Positions 18,274 to 28,363 of a stretch of DNA of 64,000 bases are shown here, piece by piece. The DNA is from a candidate division FCPU426 bacterium (GTDB lineage: Bacteria; Oederibacteriota; JAAXVQ01; JAUVAV01), in contig JBFLYH010000002.1 of assembly GCA_040756875.1 (NCBI GenBank), positions 222,526-286,525 on the forward strand, written 5' to 3'. The notes under the pieces are model-generated. The model had not been told where the DNA came from, did no database searches, and saw only the letters and a list, made by a program, of their open reading frames with translations. Positions within the stretch are counted from its first letter, which is position 1; every line of letters begins with the position of its first letter. Both the position numbers and the translations under genes were made by a program.

Positions 18274-19935
18274 CTACGTCTCCACCACCACGGGAATGAT
18301 CATGGGAAAGCGCATGATCTCCTTCTTGAAAAACCGTTTCAGCGCCGTGCGCACGGTGTCCTGCAGGACCTGCGTGTCCGCGCGGCCGGCGCTCGTCTCC
18401 TCGGCCAGCAGCCCGCGCAGGTGTTCGGCCGCGCGTTCGGTCAGGCGCCCGGATTCGGCCTCGTCCGCGATGCCGCGCGCGATCAGGTCCGGCCCGGCGA
18501 CCAGCTCGCCGGAGTGCCGGTCCACGCCCAGGATCGCGACCACCATGCCGTCCTGCGCCAGGTGCTGGCGGTCGCGCAGCACCACGCGGCCCACGTCGCC
18601 GACGCCTTTGCCGTCCACGAATACGTTGCCGGCCGCCGCTTCCCCGCTGCGCGCCACGCCGGCGGCCGAGAGCGCCACCTGCTGGCCGTTTTCAAGGATC
18701 GTGATCCGTTCGTCGGACAGGCCCGCTTCCCGCGCCAGGGCGGCGTGCCGCACCAAGTGGCGCAGTTCGCCGTGGACCGGAATGAAATGGCGCGGCCGCA
18801 CCAGGTTCAGCATGACCTTGAGTTCCTCCTGGGCGGCGTGGCCGGACACGTGAATCTCGCTCACCCGCTCGTAGTGCACCTGGCAACCCAGGCGGAAGAG
18901 GTGGTTGATCATGTTGCCGATCCGGCGTTCGTTGCCCGGAATGGTGCGGGCCGATATGATCACCGTGTCCCCGGGCTTGAACTGCAAATCGTCGTTCTCG
19001 CCCACCGCGGCCCGCGCCAGGGCCGAACGGGGTTCGCCCTGGCTGCCTGTGGTGAGGATCACCGTCTTTTCCGGCGGCAGCCGCGCGATGTCGGTCGAGC
19101 GCAGCCACAGATTCGGCGGCAGGTCCACGTACCCCAGCTCGTGCGCGGTGCGCAGGTTCTTGGTCATGCTCATACCCAGCACGCCCACTTTGCGCTGGTG
19201 CCGCTCGGCGGCCTGGAGCGCCTGCTGGAAGCGGGGCACGTTGCTGGAAAAGCAGGCGATCACCACCCGCCCCTGCGCGTCCCGGATGATCTCGTCGAAC
19301 GCCTGGCCGACTTCCCGCTCGGACAGCGTGTAGCCCGGCCGCTCGGCGTTGGTGGAATCCGAAAACAGCAGGTCCACGCCCTTCTGCCCCCAGGCGCCGA
19401 AGCGGGCCAGGTCGGTCTGCTGTCCATCGACCGGCGTGGGATCGAGCTTGAAGTCGCCGGTATGCACGATGTTGCCCGCGGGCGTGGAGATCCCCAGCCC
19501 GAAGCCGTCGATGATCGAATGCGTCACCCGGAAAAATTCGATCCGGAAGGGGCCGAGCGACAATTCGTCGCCCGCGGCCACGGCTTTCAGCTGCACGTCC
19601 GGCAGGTTCGGATGCTCCTCCAGCTTGTTGGCCACGATGCCCAGCGTCATGCGCGAACCGTACACCGGCACTGGGAGTTCGCGCAGCACGTACGGCAGGC
19701 CGCCCACATGGTCCTCGTGTCCGTGCGTGAGCACGATGCCAATGACCTGGTCCCGCCGCTCCCGGAGATAGGAAATGTCCGGAATGACGAAATCCACGCC
19801 CAGCTGGTCCTCGGACGGAAAAGCCAGGCCGGCGTCGACGATCAGAATCTGGCCCTGGCACTCGAGCGCCAGCATGTTTTTTCCAATTTCGCCCAATCCG
19901 CCCAGGGGCGTGATCAGGCACTGCGTTTGGCTCAT
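18274..19935 (-). CDS. rnj: Ribonuclease J
   Basis: PLGGLGEIGKNM, THGHEDH, HTGDFK, DSTNAE, TGSQGEP, IHVSGH, PVHGE. Confidence 0.97.
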   Translation of the reverse strand: MSQTQCLITPLGGLGEIGKNMLALECQGQILIVDAGLAFPSEDQLGVDFVIPDISYLRERRDQVIGIVLTHGHEDHVGGLPYVLRELPVPVYGSRMTLGIVANKLEEHPNLPDVQLKAVAAGDELSLGPFRIEFFRVTHSIIDGFGLGISTPAGNIVHTGDFKLDPTPVDGQQTDLARFGAWGQKGVDLLFSDSTNAERPGYTLSEREVGQAFDEIIRDAQGRVVIACFSSNVPRFQQALQAAERHQRKVGVLGMSMTKNLRTAHELGYVDLPPNLWLRSTDIARLPPEKTVILTTGSQGEPRSALARAAVGENDDLQFKPGDTVIISARTIPGNERRIGNMINHLFRLGCQVHYERVSEIHVSGHAAQEELKVMLNLVRPRHFIPVHGELRHLVRHAALAREAGLSDERITILENGQQVALSAAGVARSGEAAAGNVFVDGKGVGDVGRVVLRDRQHLAQDGMVVAILGVDRHSGELVAGPDLIARGIADEAESGRLTERAAEHLRGLLAEETSAGRADTQVLQDTVRTALKRFFKKEIMRFPMIIPVVVET

Positions 19936-20048
19936 TGGCTTTTTTTTCCTGCTTTTTGCGGGTTTTGGGGCATTATAGCAGACCCTCCGAAAGGCAACCA
20001 GCGAAAACTCCGGACCTCTGCTTGCGGCCGGCAGGAGTTCCCGAAAAA

Positions 20049-20091
20049 TAAAACAACGTAGAGCGTTCTTCGAACGCTCTACGTTGTTTTA
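20049..20091. terminator. Perfect 20-bp inverted repeat, probable intrinsic terminator
   Basis: TAAAACAACGTAGAGCGTTC-TTC-GAACGCTCTACGTTGTTTTA, with T-tracts available on both strands. Confidence 0.8.
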
Positions 20092-20116
20092 GAAGAAACC
20101 TACTTGGTAGGGTAAG

Positions 20117-20164
20117 TTATTTCTTCTTCTTCGTGGCTTTCTTCGCTTTTTTCTTCGTCGCCAT
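20117..20164 (-). CDS. Lysine-rich micropeptide MATKKKAKKATKKKK (15 aa)
   Basis: ATG at 20164 preceded by AAGGGGGA; TAA at 20117; terminator 25 nt downstream; AT-rich upstream region with TTGACA at 20246-20251. Confidence 0.6.
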   Translation of the reverse strand: MATKKKAKKATKKKK

Positions 20165-20327
20165 GCTTCGTAGGTCCCCCTTTTCCAGATAATGTGTACC
20201 TATAGAATATAGATACAAAATATAGTTATCAAAATATCTCCTATCTGTCAAGTTAAAAAAATCCTTTTATTTCCTCAAATAACAAAATTGTATCAGGGAT
20301 GAAAATGACTACTATTTTGAAAACAGG

Positions 20328-21620
20328 TTAGATACGGAATCCCCGCAACTGCGCCTCAGCCGCTTCGGAGATCGGGCCCACGGCCGCCGAACAGACGGGC
20401 GCTTTTAGAAAAAGCGAACGCATGGCAGCCGCCAGACCGGCGCGAGACAGGCCATCGATCTCGCGCAGCACCTGGGCCGGCGTGGGATGCGACTGCAGAT
20501 ACATCTCCTGCTGCAGCAGGTTCCACATGTGCGTGGACGAACTTTCCAGGGAGATCAGCAGGTTGCCGCGCATTTGCTCGCGTATGTCCCGCCCTTCCTG
20601 CGCGGTGGGCCCTGCGGAGGCCAGGCGATGCGTTTCCTCCTGCACGCGCTTGAGTGCCTCGGAGAGGTTGCGCGGATGGCAGGCCAGATAAATGCCGGCC
20701 AGACCGGTGTCGCGGTAGTAGTCCACGAAAGAGTAAACGGCGTACACCAGGGCGCGGCGTTCGCGGATTTCGTAAAACAGCCGCGAATTGGGGCCGCCGC
20801 CGAGGATGCTGTTGACCGCCAGCGAGGCCAGCCGCTGCGGCGAGGCATACGCCAATCCTCTTACGCCCAGGCAGACGTGCACCTGTTCCAGGGAACGGCG
20901 CTGAACGAGCGCGCGGGCGCCGGATTTCGGCAGCGCGGGCGCGGGTGCCGCGGGCCCCGGCGTTTTCGCCAGCCGGCCCAGCAGCCGCCGGGCCTCGGCC
21001 GCGGCCGCGGCGGGGGTGATCCGGCCGGCCACGGCCAGGATCATTTTGCCGGGCTGGTAATGCCGCGCCATGAAACCCGCCAGGTCCGCGCGGTGCGCGG
21101 CGCGCAGGTGCCGGCGGGTGCCGAGGATCGGCCAGCCCAGGGGGTGGCGCGGCCACAGGGATTGGAACAGCAGGTCATGCACGTATTCGTCCGGTGCGTC
21201 CTCCACCATGCGGATCTCCTCCAGGATGACGCGCTTCTCTTTCCGCAGTTCGCGCTCCGGCAGTTGGGGATGACGCAGCATGTCCGCGATGACGTCCAGG
21301 GCGAGCGAAAAATGGGGGGCCGGCACCTTGGCGTAGAAAGTGGTGCTTTCGCGGCCCGTGGCCGCGTCCAGATGGCCGCCGACCGCGGCCAAAACCCGCG
21401 ACAGCTCGCGCGTGTCCCGGCGCCGCGTGCCTTGAAAAACCATGTGTTCGACGAGGTGGCTCAGTCCCCGCTCCGGTTCGCGTTCGTCCCGCGAACCGAC
21501 CGCCACGTTGACGCCGAGCGAGACCGAGGCCAGATGCGGCAGGGGCTGGACCAGCACCAGCAGGCCATTGGGGAGGGTGATGCGGACCGGAGTGGACTGG
21601 AGGAGATTAACGGCCGACAA
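20328..21620 (-). CDS. M16 (pitrilysin) family zinc peptidase
   Basis: TLPNGL, GSRDE, inverted zinc motif HLVEH, EKRVILEEI, SRLFYEIRERRALVY. Confidence 0.93.
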   Translation of the reverse strand: MSAVNLLQSTPVRITLPNGLLVLVQPLPHLASVSLGVNVAVGSRDEREPERGLSHLVEHMVFQGTRRRDTRELSRVLAAVGGHLDAATGRESTTFYAKVPAPHFSLALDVIADMLRHPQLPERELRKEKRVILEEIRMVEDAPDEYVHDLLFQSLWPRHPLGWPILGTRRHLRAAHRADLAGFMARHYQPGKMILAVAGRITPAAAAAEARRLLGRLAKTPGPAAPAPALPKSGARALVQRRSLEQVHVCLGVRGLAYASPQRLASLAVNSILGGGPNSRLFYEIRERRALVYAVYSFVDYYRDTGLAGIYLACHPRNLSEALKRVQEETHRLASAGPTAQEGRDIREQMRGNLLISLESSSTHMWNLLQQEMYLQSHPTPAQVLREIDGLSRAGLAAAMRSLFLKAPVCSAAVGPISEAAEAQLRGFRI

Positions 21621-23025
21621 GCAGTTTCCTTCCCACGGCGGCGAGGGTTTCCAGCAACGCGGGGTCGTTGGCTTCGAGGTACAGGCGCGCCACGGGTTCG
21701 GTGCCCGAAAGGCGGATGGCCAGCCAGGCGCCGCCCTCCAAAAGATATTTGAACCCGTCCAGGGTATCCACCTGTTTCACCGCGCGGCCGGCCAGCTGTT
21801 TGGGATGGTAGTGCTGCAGTTTCTTTTTCAGCGCCGCGCCCGCTTCCTGGGTCGCCAGCTTGACGTTGACGCGCTGGGTAAGGATCCGGCCCACGCGGCT
21901 GAACAAGTCGTCCAGCACCGCGCGCAGGCTGCGCCGCTCGCGCGCGACCAGCTCGGCCATGAGCAGGCAGGCCAGCACGCCGTCTTTTTCCGGCACGTGC
22001 CCGGCCACGGTCAAGCCGCCGCTTTCCTCCCCGCCGGCGAGGAACCCGCCGCGCTGCATGCTTTCGCCGATATACTTGAACCCCACAGGCGTCACTTCGA
22101 CTTCCAGCCCGTAAGCCCCGGCCACGGCGTCCACCAGGTGGCTCGTGACCACCGAGCGCACCACGCGCCCCTTGAGGCCGCGGTGCTTGACCAGCAGGTA
22201 CACGGTCAGGGCCAGGATTTCGTTGGGCGTGAGGTAGGTCCCGTCCGCATCCAGCACGCCGAAGCGGTCCGCGTCGCCGTCCGTGGACAGCACCAGCGAG
22301 GCGCGTTCGGCGCGCATGCGATCGCGGGCTTCCTGCAGCCGTTCGGAGCTCGGCTCGGGCGGATGGCCGCCGAAGAGCGGATCGCGCCAGTCGTGCAGCA
22401 CGCTCACGCGGCAGCCGGCCCGGCGCAGGGCCTCTTCCAGGTAGCCGCGGCCCGCGCCGTACAGCGGATCGGCTACGACCGCGAGCTTCGCGCTCCGGAT
22501 GACGTCCAGAGGCAGCATCCGGTCCAGCCGTTGGAAATAACCCGGCTTGGGATCCAAGGGGAGGATTTTCCCGCGCCGGCCGCCCCGGGGCGCCCGGCCT
22601 CCGCCCTGGGCCAGAAACTTCGCGGCCAGTTTCTCCAGGGGCGCCACTTCCTCGCGCGTGGCCGGGCTGCCGTGGGCGTTCGACCACTTGAAGCCCTGGT
22701 ATTCGGCCGGATTGTGGCTGGCTGTGAAATTGATGCCGCCGGCCAGCTTCAAATCCAGGATGGCGGCGGCCAGCACCGGCGTGGGCGCCGACTCCTCCAC
22801 CACGTGCACCCGGATGCCCTCTTCGCTCAAGATCCTCGCCGCCAGCGCGGTGAACTGTTCGGAGAGAAAACGCGGGTCATGGCCCACCAGCACGCCGCGG
22901 CCTGCGATCCGCTGGGCTTTGAGCCGCCGGGCCACGGCGCGGGTCACCGCGGTCACGCCCGTGAACGTGAAGCCAGCGGCAATGAGATCGCGCCAGCCCG
23001 AGGTGCCGAAATGAATGGGAGACAT
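21607..23025 (-). CDS. Phosphoglucomutase/phosphomannomutase
   Basis: FGTSGWR, catalytic TASHNP, metal loop DGDADR, sugar loop GGEESGG, RLSGTEP. Start set at ATG 23025 (GGAG RBS). Confidence 0.93.
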   Translation of the reverse strand: MSPIHFGTSGWRDLIAAGFTFTGVTAVTRAVARRLKAQRIAGRGVLVGHDPRFLSEQFTALAARILSEEGIRVHVVEESAPTPVLAAAILDLKLAGGINFTASHNPAEYQGFKWSNAHGSPATREEVAPLEKLAAKFLAQGGGRAPRGGRRGKILPLDPKPGYFQRLDRMLPLDVIRSAKLAVVADPLYGAGRGYLEEALRRAGCRVSVLHDWRDPLFGGHPPEPSSERLQEARDRMRAERASLVLSTDGDADRFGVLDADGTYLTPNEILALTVYLLVKHRGLKGRVVRSVVTSHLVDAVAGAYGLEVEVTPVGFKYIGESMQRGGFLAGGEESGGLTVAGHVPEKDGVLACLLMAELVARERRSLRAVLDDLFSRVGRILTQRVNVKLATQEAGAALKKKLQHYHPKQLAGRAVKQVDTLDGFKYLLEGGAWLAIRLSGTEPVARLYLEANDPALLETLAAVGRKLLVGR

Positions 23026-23047
23026 GAAGCCACTCCTCCGATGGACT

Positions 23048-23075
23048 GCAGGGGCGTTCACTTGAACGCCCCTAC
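23048..23075. repeat. REP-like palindrome (G[T/C]AGGGGCGTTCA-NT-TGAACGCCCCTAC)
   Basis: Near-identical to 11052-11079. Confidence 0.75.
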
Positions 23076-23091
23076 TTTATTTGGGACGTAC

Positions 23092-25590
23092 TCAAGCCTG
23101 CCACTCCTGCAGCATCTGGCCGTAGCGCAGGGCCAGCTGCTGGGACTGTTCGAGGTTCACGCCTTCGGCGTTGACGTGGAATATCGGTTTGTCCGCATCC
23201 GGGATGATGATCACCCAGGCGCGGCCGTGCCACACCTTGACGCCGTCGATGAGCTCCACCTTTTCCTTGCGCGTGTGCTCGATCAGGCGGCGCATGATGG
23301 AGCCTTTTTTCTCCCAGCCGCAGGGCACGTGGGTCCGCACCAGGTGGATGGGCGGAATCTGGTTGATGAGCGCGGACAGCGGCTCGCCGGCCGCGGCCAG
23401 GCATTCCAGCAGTTTGGCCGTGGCCATCATGGCGTCGAAAGCCGGCTGGAACTGAGGGAACACGTATCCGCCCTTGGATTCGCCCACGAACTCCACGGGC
23501 AGGCTGGCCGCGGCCTCGAGCATGGAGGCATACTGGGTCTTGATTTTGGTTATCGTGCACCCGTGCTTCTCGGCCATGTCCTCGATGACGCGGGTGGCGG
23601 AAATCGGCACGGCCAGCTTGCTGCCGGGCTTGGCCTTCATGACCAGGAGCGCCATGAGCGCTAGCGCCTTGTCGCCGTCCAGCACGCGCCCCTCGTTGTC
23701 AGCGATCGAGATTTTTTGCGCGCCCGCGTCCAGCATGACGCCCACGTGCGCGTGGAGGGTGCCCACGATCTCGCCCAGCCGCTTCAGCGACTGGTTCAGC
23801 TCCTCGGGCGAGCGCGTCAGGCGCGTGCCGTCGGGATAGGAGTTGAGCGCCACCACCTCGCAGTTCAGATCGCCCAGCACCTGCGGGAAAATGCCGACCG
23901 CGCTGCCCCAGGCGTAGTCGATCACCAGTTTGAAGCGGGCGTTGCGGATCCGTTCCCGGTCCAGCACGCGGCCGAAGCCTTCCTGGTAGTATTCCAGCGC
24001 GCGCTGCGGGAACATGATCTCGCCGGCTTCCTCCATGTCCGCCCGGGGGAAATCCTCGCGGAAGAACAGGTTTTCCACGCCCTTTTCCTTGGCGCTCGAC
24101 AGTTCCTTGCCCTGGGCGTCGAAAAACTTCACGTCCATGAGCTTGGCGTTGTAGGGCGATTTGCGCACGTGGAAGCCGCCGGCCACGTTCAGGGCGCGGA
24201 TCGCGTAACGCGCCACGGGCACCGGCACCACGCGCATGTCGTACACATTCACCCCGACCGAGGCCAGGCCGGTCATGATGGCGCGGTCGATGATGCGGGA
24301 GCTCTTGTGGTTGTCGCGGCTGGAGACGACGTAATCGCCCTTGCGCAGCGAGGCGCCGAAGGCCGCGCCCAGTTTGGCGGCGAATTCGGGGGTGAGTTCG
24401 ATGTTGCCCAGGCCCGAGACGCCGTAGGAATCGAAGATGTGCCGGGACCAGCGTTCGCCCCAGATCAGGGAGGTCGACAAGGTGGTGCCGTCCTCGATGA
24501 CCTTGTAGGGCCAGACCTTGACCTCGGCTTTGACCGTGGCGTCCTCGCCGATGGTGCAGTGGTCCGCGACCACCGCGCCCACGCCCAGATAGGTGCGGGC
24601 GCCGATCTGGCAGTCGTTGGCGACCGTCACTTCCTTGAGATTGGCGCCGTTGCCGATGGATACGTTGTCCCACACCACGGAGCCGATGATTTTGGAGCTT
24701 TCACCCACGCGGCAGGAGCCGCCGAGAACCGAGCCGGACAGCCGCACGTTGGGTCCGATCCAGCAGTGCTCGCCCAGCACCACGCCGTCCTGCAGTTCGG
24801 CCGTAGGGTCGATGTAACAGCCCGCGCCGATCCAATTGCCGTTTTGCCACTCGCCCCGGCCGGGGTTGACCCAGTCCCGGCCCTGGCGCAGGGCGTCGAA
24901 GTGCGCCTGGCGGTACTCGGTCAGGTTGCCGACGTCCTTCCAGTAGCAGTTCTCCGCGATGTAGCCGTAGAGCGGCGCTTGGTCGGCCAGCATCTGGGGA
25001 AAGAGCTGCTTGCCGAAGTCGAACTCCTCGTCCGCCGGGATCCGTTCCAGGGCCTCGGGCTCCAGGATGTAGATGCCGGTGTTGATGGTGTCGGAGAACA
25101 CCTCGCCCCAGCTCGGCTTCTCCAGAAAGCGCGCGATGCGGCCGTCCTCGCGGGTGATGACCACGCCGAAGGCCAGGGGGTTCTCCACCCGGCTCAAAAC
25201 CAGCGTGGCCTGCGACTTGTTGCGGCGGTGGAATTTCACGGCCTCGGTCAGATTGATGTTGGTCAACACGTCGCCGGAAATGACCAGGAAGGGTTCATTG
25301 CCGAGCAGGGCCGCGCCCTTTTTCACGCAGCCGGCGGTGCCCAGGTCAGAATCCGGCAGCAGGTACTTGATCTTCAGGCCGCGCGAAGCGCCGTCCTGGA
25401 AGTGGTCCTGAATGACTTCCGGCTGGAAATACAGCGCGACCACCAGTTCCTCGAAGCCGTGCCGTTTGAGCAGCTGGAAGATGTGCTCCAGCATCGGCTG
25501 GTTCAGCATCGGGACCATCGGTTTGGGCAGGTTGCAGGTCAGCGGCCGCAGCCGCGTGCCGAACCCGCCGGCCATCACCATGGCTTTCAT
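23092..25590 (-). CDS. Mannose-1-phosphate guanylyltransferase with hexapeptide repeats, fused to a phosphomannomutase-like domain
   Basis: MAGGFGTRLRPLT..PKPM, GTAG, ISGD, FLEKP, YWKDVG; left-handed beta-helix repeats; C-terminal PGM/PMM fold. Confidence 0.9.
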   Translation of the reverse strand: MKAMVMAGGFGTRLRPLTCNLPKPMVPMLNQPMLEHIFQLLKRHGFEELVVALYFQPEVIQDHFQDGASRGLKIKYLLPDSDLGTAGCVKKGAALLGNEPFLVISGDVLTNINLTEAVKFHRRNKSQATLVLSRVENPLAFGVVITREDGRIARFLEKPSWGEVFSDTINTGIYILEPEALERIPADEEFDFGKQLFPQMLADQAPLYGYIAENCYWKDVGNLTEYRQAHFDALRQGRDWVNPGRGEWQNGNWIGAGCYIDPTAELQDGVVLGEHCWIGPNVRLSGSVLGGSCRVGESSKIIGSVVWDNVSIGNGANLKEVTVANDCQIGARTYLGVGAVVADHCTIGEDATVKAEVKVWPYKVIEDGTTLSTSLIWGERWSRHIFDSYGVSGLGNIELTPEFAAKLGAAFGASLRKGDYVVSSRDNHKSSRIIDRAIMTGLASVGVNVYDMRVVPVPVARYAIRALNVAGGFHVRKSPYNAKLMDVKFFDAQGKELSSAKEKGVENLFFREDFPRADMEEAGEIMFPQRALEYYQEGFGRVLDRERIRNARFKLVIDYAWGSAVGIFPQVLGDLNCEVVALNSYPDGTRLTRSPEELNQSLKRLGEIVGTLHAHVGVMLDAGAQKISIADNEGRVLDGDKALALMALLVMKAKPGSKLAVPISATRVIEDMAEKHGCTITKIKTQYASMLEAAASLPVEFVGESKGGYVFPQFQPAFDAMMATAKLLECLAAAGEPLSALINQIPPIHLVRTHVPCGWEKKGSIMRRLIEHTRKEKVELIDGVKVWHGRAWVIIIPDADKPIFHVNAEGVNLEQSQQLALRYGQMLQEWQA

Positions 25591-25634
25591 GCGTCGGGGC
25601 TCCTTACTATATCTTTGAGTATTTTATTTATGCT

Positions 25635-25717
25635 GTCATTGCGAGCTCCACGAAGCAATCTTTTTTCTCAATCGAGATTGCTTCGTCGTTCCAACCCCCG
25701 GAACTCCTCGCAATGAC
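25635..25717. repeat. Palindromic repeat family A
   Basis: GTCATTGCGAG...GAAGCAATC followed by GATTGCTTCG...CTCGCAATGAC. Confidence 0.8.
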
Positions 25718-25728
25718 CACGCACAGAA

Positions 25729-28356
25729 TTATTTAAATATATTCTGAAGGTTCAGCTTCTTCAACTGTTCTTTGGCCTTCTCCAGCTCCTTGGCCGCGTT
25801 GTCTTTAACTTCCTGCGCGGACTTGCCCTTTTGCTGCTCCACGTACGAGTTGATCTTCTGCTGGGCTTCCTGGGCCGCGGCCTGGCTCTTCTTCTGCACG
25901 TACGACCCGGCCTGGCCCTTGATCCAGTCCCAGTCCGGTTTCACGTCCGGTTTGGACACCGGCCCGTTCAGGCGCGCGGGCACGGTCACCCAGCCCTTTT
26001 CGTCCTTCAGCACCTCGGCGTAGCGGCTGAGCTCGGGCGACAGGGTTTGCGCGGCCCGGGGATGCAGGCGGGGCTGCAGCTTGAAGTCGCGGAAGGCGGC
26101 CGCGAAAGTGACGGTGCCGTTCGCGGTCAGGCGCAGGTCGCCTCCCTCGCCCGTGGGCCCGGATTCGGCGACAAAACGGTTGACCGTGACCACCTGCTTG
26201 GCGAGGGTGAAATCCAGGTCCGCGCGCTCGAAGGGAATGTCCTGCTTGAATTTTTCGGACCCGAACCATTGCGCGAGCTGGTCCTGGAAGTCGAATTTGC
26301 GGATGCGGCCGTCCCGGAGCTCGAAGCGCCCCTTGCCGGCCAGGTTGGGCCGGGCCTGGGCCCGGCGGATGCCGCGTCCCGAAAGGTCCAGCGTGCCGCT
26401 CAGGCGGCCGGCGAACTTGTCCTTCAGTTCGGCGAGCAATTCGGGTTTCTTGAGCTTGGCCGCGACGAAGGTGTCCAGCAAGTCGTTGAGCATGGGTTCC
26501 AGGTCCACGCGCTCCGTGCGGACGGACACCGCGTAACCCAGCAGGGCCGAGGCGGCGTCCAGCCGGGTTTCGTGCTTCAGGCTGCCGTCATACCCCTTGA
26601 CCGAGCCCTTCAGGGTCAGCACGCGGTCTTTGAGCTTTTCCTCGAGGTCCACGGCACCCAGCTTGACATTCCCGAACCGCACGCCGTCGAGCTGCGCGCG
26701 GCCCGACACGTCCAGGCGGGCGGGAAAAAAAGCGCGGGCATCCGGTTCCGGCGCTTCCTCTTCCGCGGTCGCAGCGGCCGGCGTGGTGCCCGCGGCCGCG
26801 GCGCGACTGGGCACGAGGGCGAGCAGGGCGTCCACGTCCAGCACCTTGCCGGACAGGGTCCACTGAACTTTGGCCGCGAGGTTGCCGGGCTTGAGCGTGT
26901 CCGGTTCGCGCAGGTCGAATTTTTCCGCGTGCAGAGTGGCGGTCAGGGCCTGGCCGGCCACTTGCGCGGACAGCCGGGAAATCTTCAATTGCGTGGGTCT
27001 GAGGCTGACTTGGGCGTCGAGCCGCTCCAGCAAGGCCTTGTCCCCGGCCCGCACGCTAATATCCTTGGCCTGCGCTTCCGCGGAAAAATCCATCTGCCTG
27101 GGCGAGGCCAGCGGCCCCCGCGCGTGCGCCTCCAGGCTGATGTGCCCGCTGGGCGCGGGCAGCCCCTCGGCCAGGAACTTCTGCAGACCGGCCAGATCCA
27201 CGGTCCCGTTCCAGGTTGCATCCACGGCCCGCTCGCCGGCCAGGTCGTCCAGCGCCAACGCCAGCTCGGCCCGGATGCCTTCGCCCTGCAGCGTCCGTTT
27301 GGTCTTCAGGCGCCCGGCCTGCAATTCCGCGGTTCCCTTGAGGGCCAGCAGCAGGCTGAGGCTGTCGCGCTGGATGGTCAGGCGGGAGTCGTCGGCCACG
27401 TCCACTTTCAGCTCGGTCCAGGGAGCGGCCGGGCCGTTGCAGTTGAAGGTCAGGTTCGTGGCGCCGGCCAGCCGCATTCCGGGAGGCAGCTTGTCCGCAA
27501 CCTCGGCGGGCAGCAGGTCCTTCTGCACGGCCGCCCAGTCCACGTCCAGTTTCCCGGACACGTGCACCTGCGGGGCGCTCAGCGCCTGATCCACCGTGCC
27601 GGCGGCGGCCAGGTTCGCGCCCGGCAGGCGGATCTCCGCCTGGTCGAGCCGGAACGCGGCTTCGGCATAGTTGAAGCGCCAGATCAGTTTCGCTTCCACG
27701 GGATAGCGCCGGTCCAGGGCCAGGACTGCGGCCTTCAGTTCCACGGTCACGGGGGTCAGGCCGGCCAGGGTCAGGTTGGAGACCGAAAGATTCATATCGG
27801 AAACACGGTATTCCGTGGCCTGGTCGCGGAAAGTCAAATCAGCGCCAACCAGCGAGAATTCAGAAACCAGCAATTCCACGGGGAGCTTGGCCGGCAGCGA
27901 ACGCGCGGCCGGGGTGGCGGGTTCGGCGTCCGGCCGGCGGGAGGAAATCCAGTCGGAAATGTTCATTTGCCCGTCGCGCCGCCGTTCCACCAGCAAGCGG
28001 GGCTTTTCGAAACGGATGCTTTTCAAAACCACGCGGCCCAGCAGGAGGGGCCACAGGCGGTACTGCACGCTGACCACGTCGTCCGTGAAAAAGGGGTCCT
28101 GGGAGAACCCCGGCGCATTGTCGATGCGGAGGTCGCGGATTTCAAATCCGCGCCAGACCTGGAAGCCCACGCGGCCGATGGTGACGCGGCGTTTGACGGC
28201 CGCGGAGATTTTCTCCTCGGCCTGGGTTTTGACGCGGTCCCAGGGAATGAACCGGGGAATGACCAGCGCGGCCGCGACCGCCAGAACCGCCAGGCCGACC
28301 AACAGCACCAGGCCCCGGCGCCACCAGCCGCCTGTGCGCTTCTCCTTGGAGGCCAT
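25729..28356 (-). CDS. AsmA family protein
   Basis: N-terminal TM anchor, LWPLLLGRVVLKSIRFEKPRLLVERRRDGQMNISD, long beta-taco-like body, AsmA-like C-terminus (VPARLNGPVSKP). Start set at ATG 28356. Confidence 0.85.
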   Translation of the reverse strand: MASKEKRTGGWWRRGLVLLVGLAVLAVAAALVIPRFIPWDRVKTQAEEKISAAVKRRVTIGRVGFQVWRGFEIRDLRIDNAPGFSQDPFFTDDVVSVQYRLWPLLLGRVVLKSIRFEKPRLLVERRRDGQMNISDWISSRRPDAEPATPAARSLPAKLPVELLVSEFSLVGADLTFRDQATEYRVSDMNLSVSNLTLAGLTPVTVELKAAVLALDRRYPVEAKLIWRFNYAEAAFRLDQAEIRLPGANLAAAGTVDQALSAPQVHVSGKLDVDWAAVQKDLLPAEVADKLPPGMRLAGATNLTFNCNGPAAPWTELKVDVADDSRLTIQRDSLSLLLALKGTAELQAGRLKTKRTLQGEGIRAELALALDDLAGERAVDATWNGTVDLAGLQKFLAEGLPAPSGHISLEAHARGPLASPRQMDFSAEAQAKDISVRAGDKALLERLDAQVSLRPTQLKISRLSAQVAGQALTATLHAEKFDLREPDTLKPGNLAAKVQWTLSGKVLDVDALLALVPSRAAAAGTTPAAATAEEEAPEPDARAFFPARLDVSGRAQLDGVRFGNVKLGAVDLEEKLKDRVLTLKGSVKGYDGSLKHETRLDAASALLGYAVSVRTERVDLEPMLNDLLDTFVAAKLKKPELLAELKDKFAGRLSGTLDLSGRGIRRAQARPNLAGKGRFELRDGRIRKFDFQDQLAQWFGSEKFKQDIPFERADLDFTLAKQVVTVNRFVAESGPTGEGGDLRLTANGTVTFAAAFRDFKLQPRLHPRAAQTLSPELSRYAEVLKDEKGWVTVPARLNGPVSKPDVKPDWDWIKGQAGSYVQKKSQAAAQEAQQKINSYVEQQKGKSAQEVKDNAAKELEKAKEQLKKLNLQNIFK

Positions 28357-28363
28357 GCGCGTT

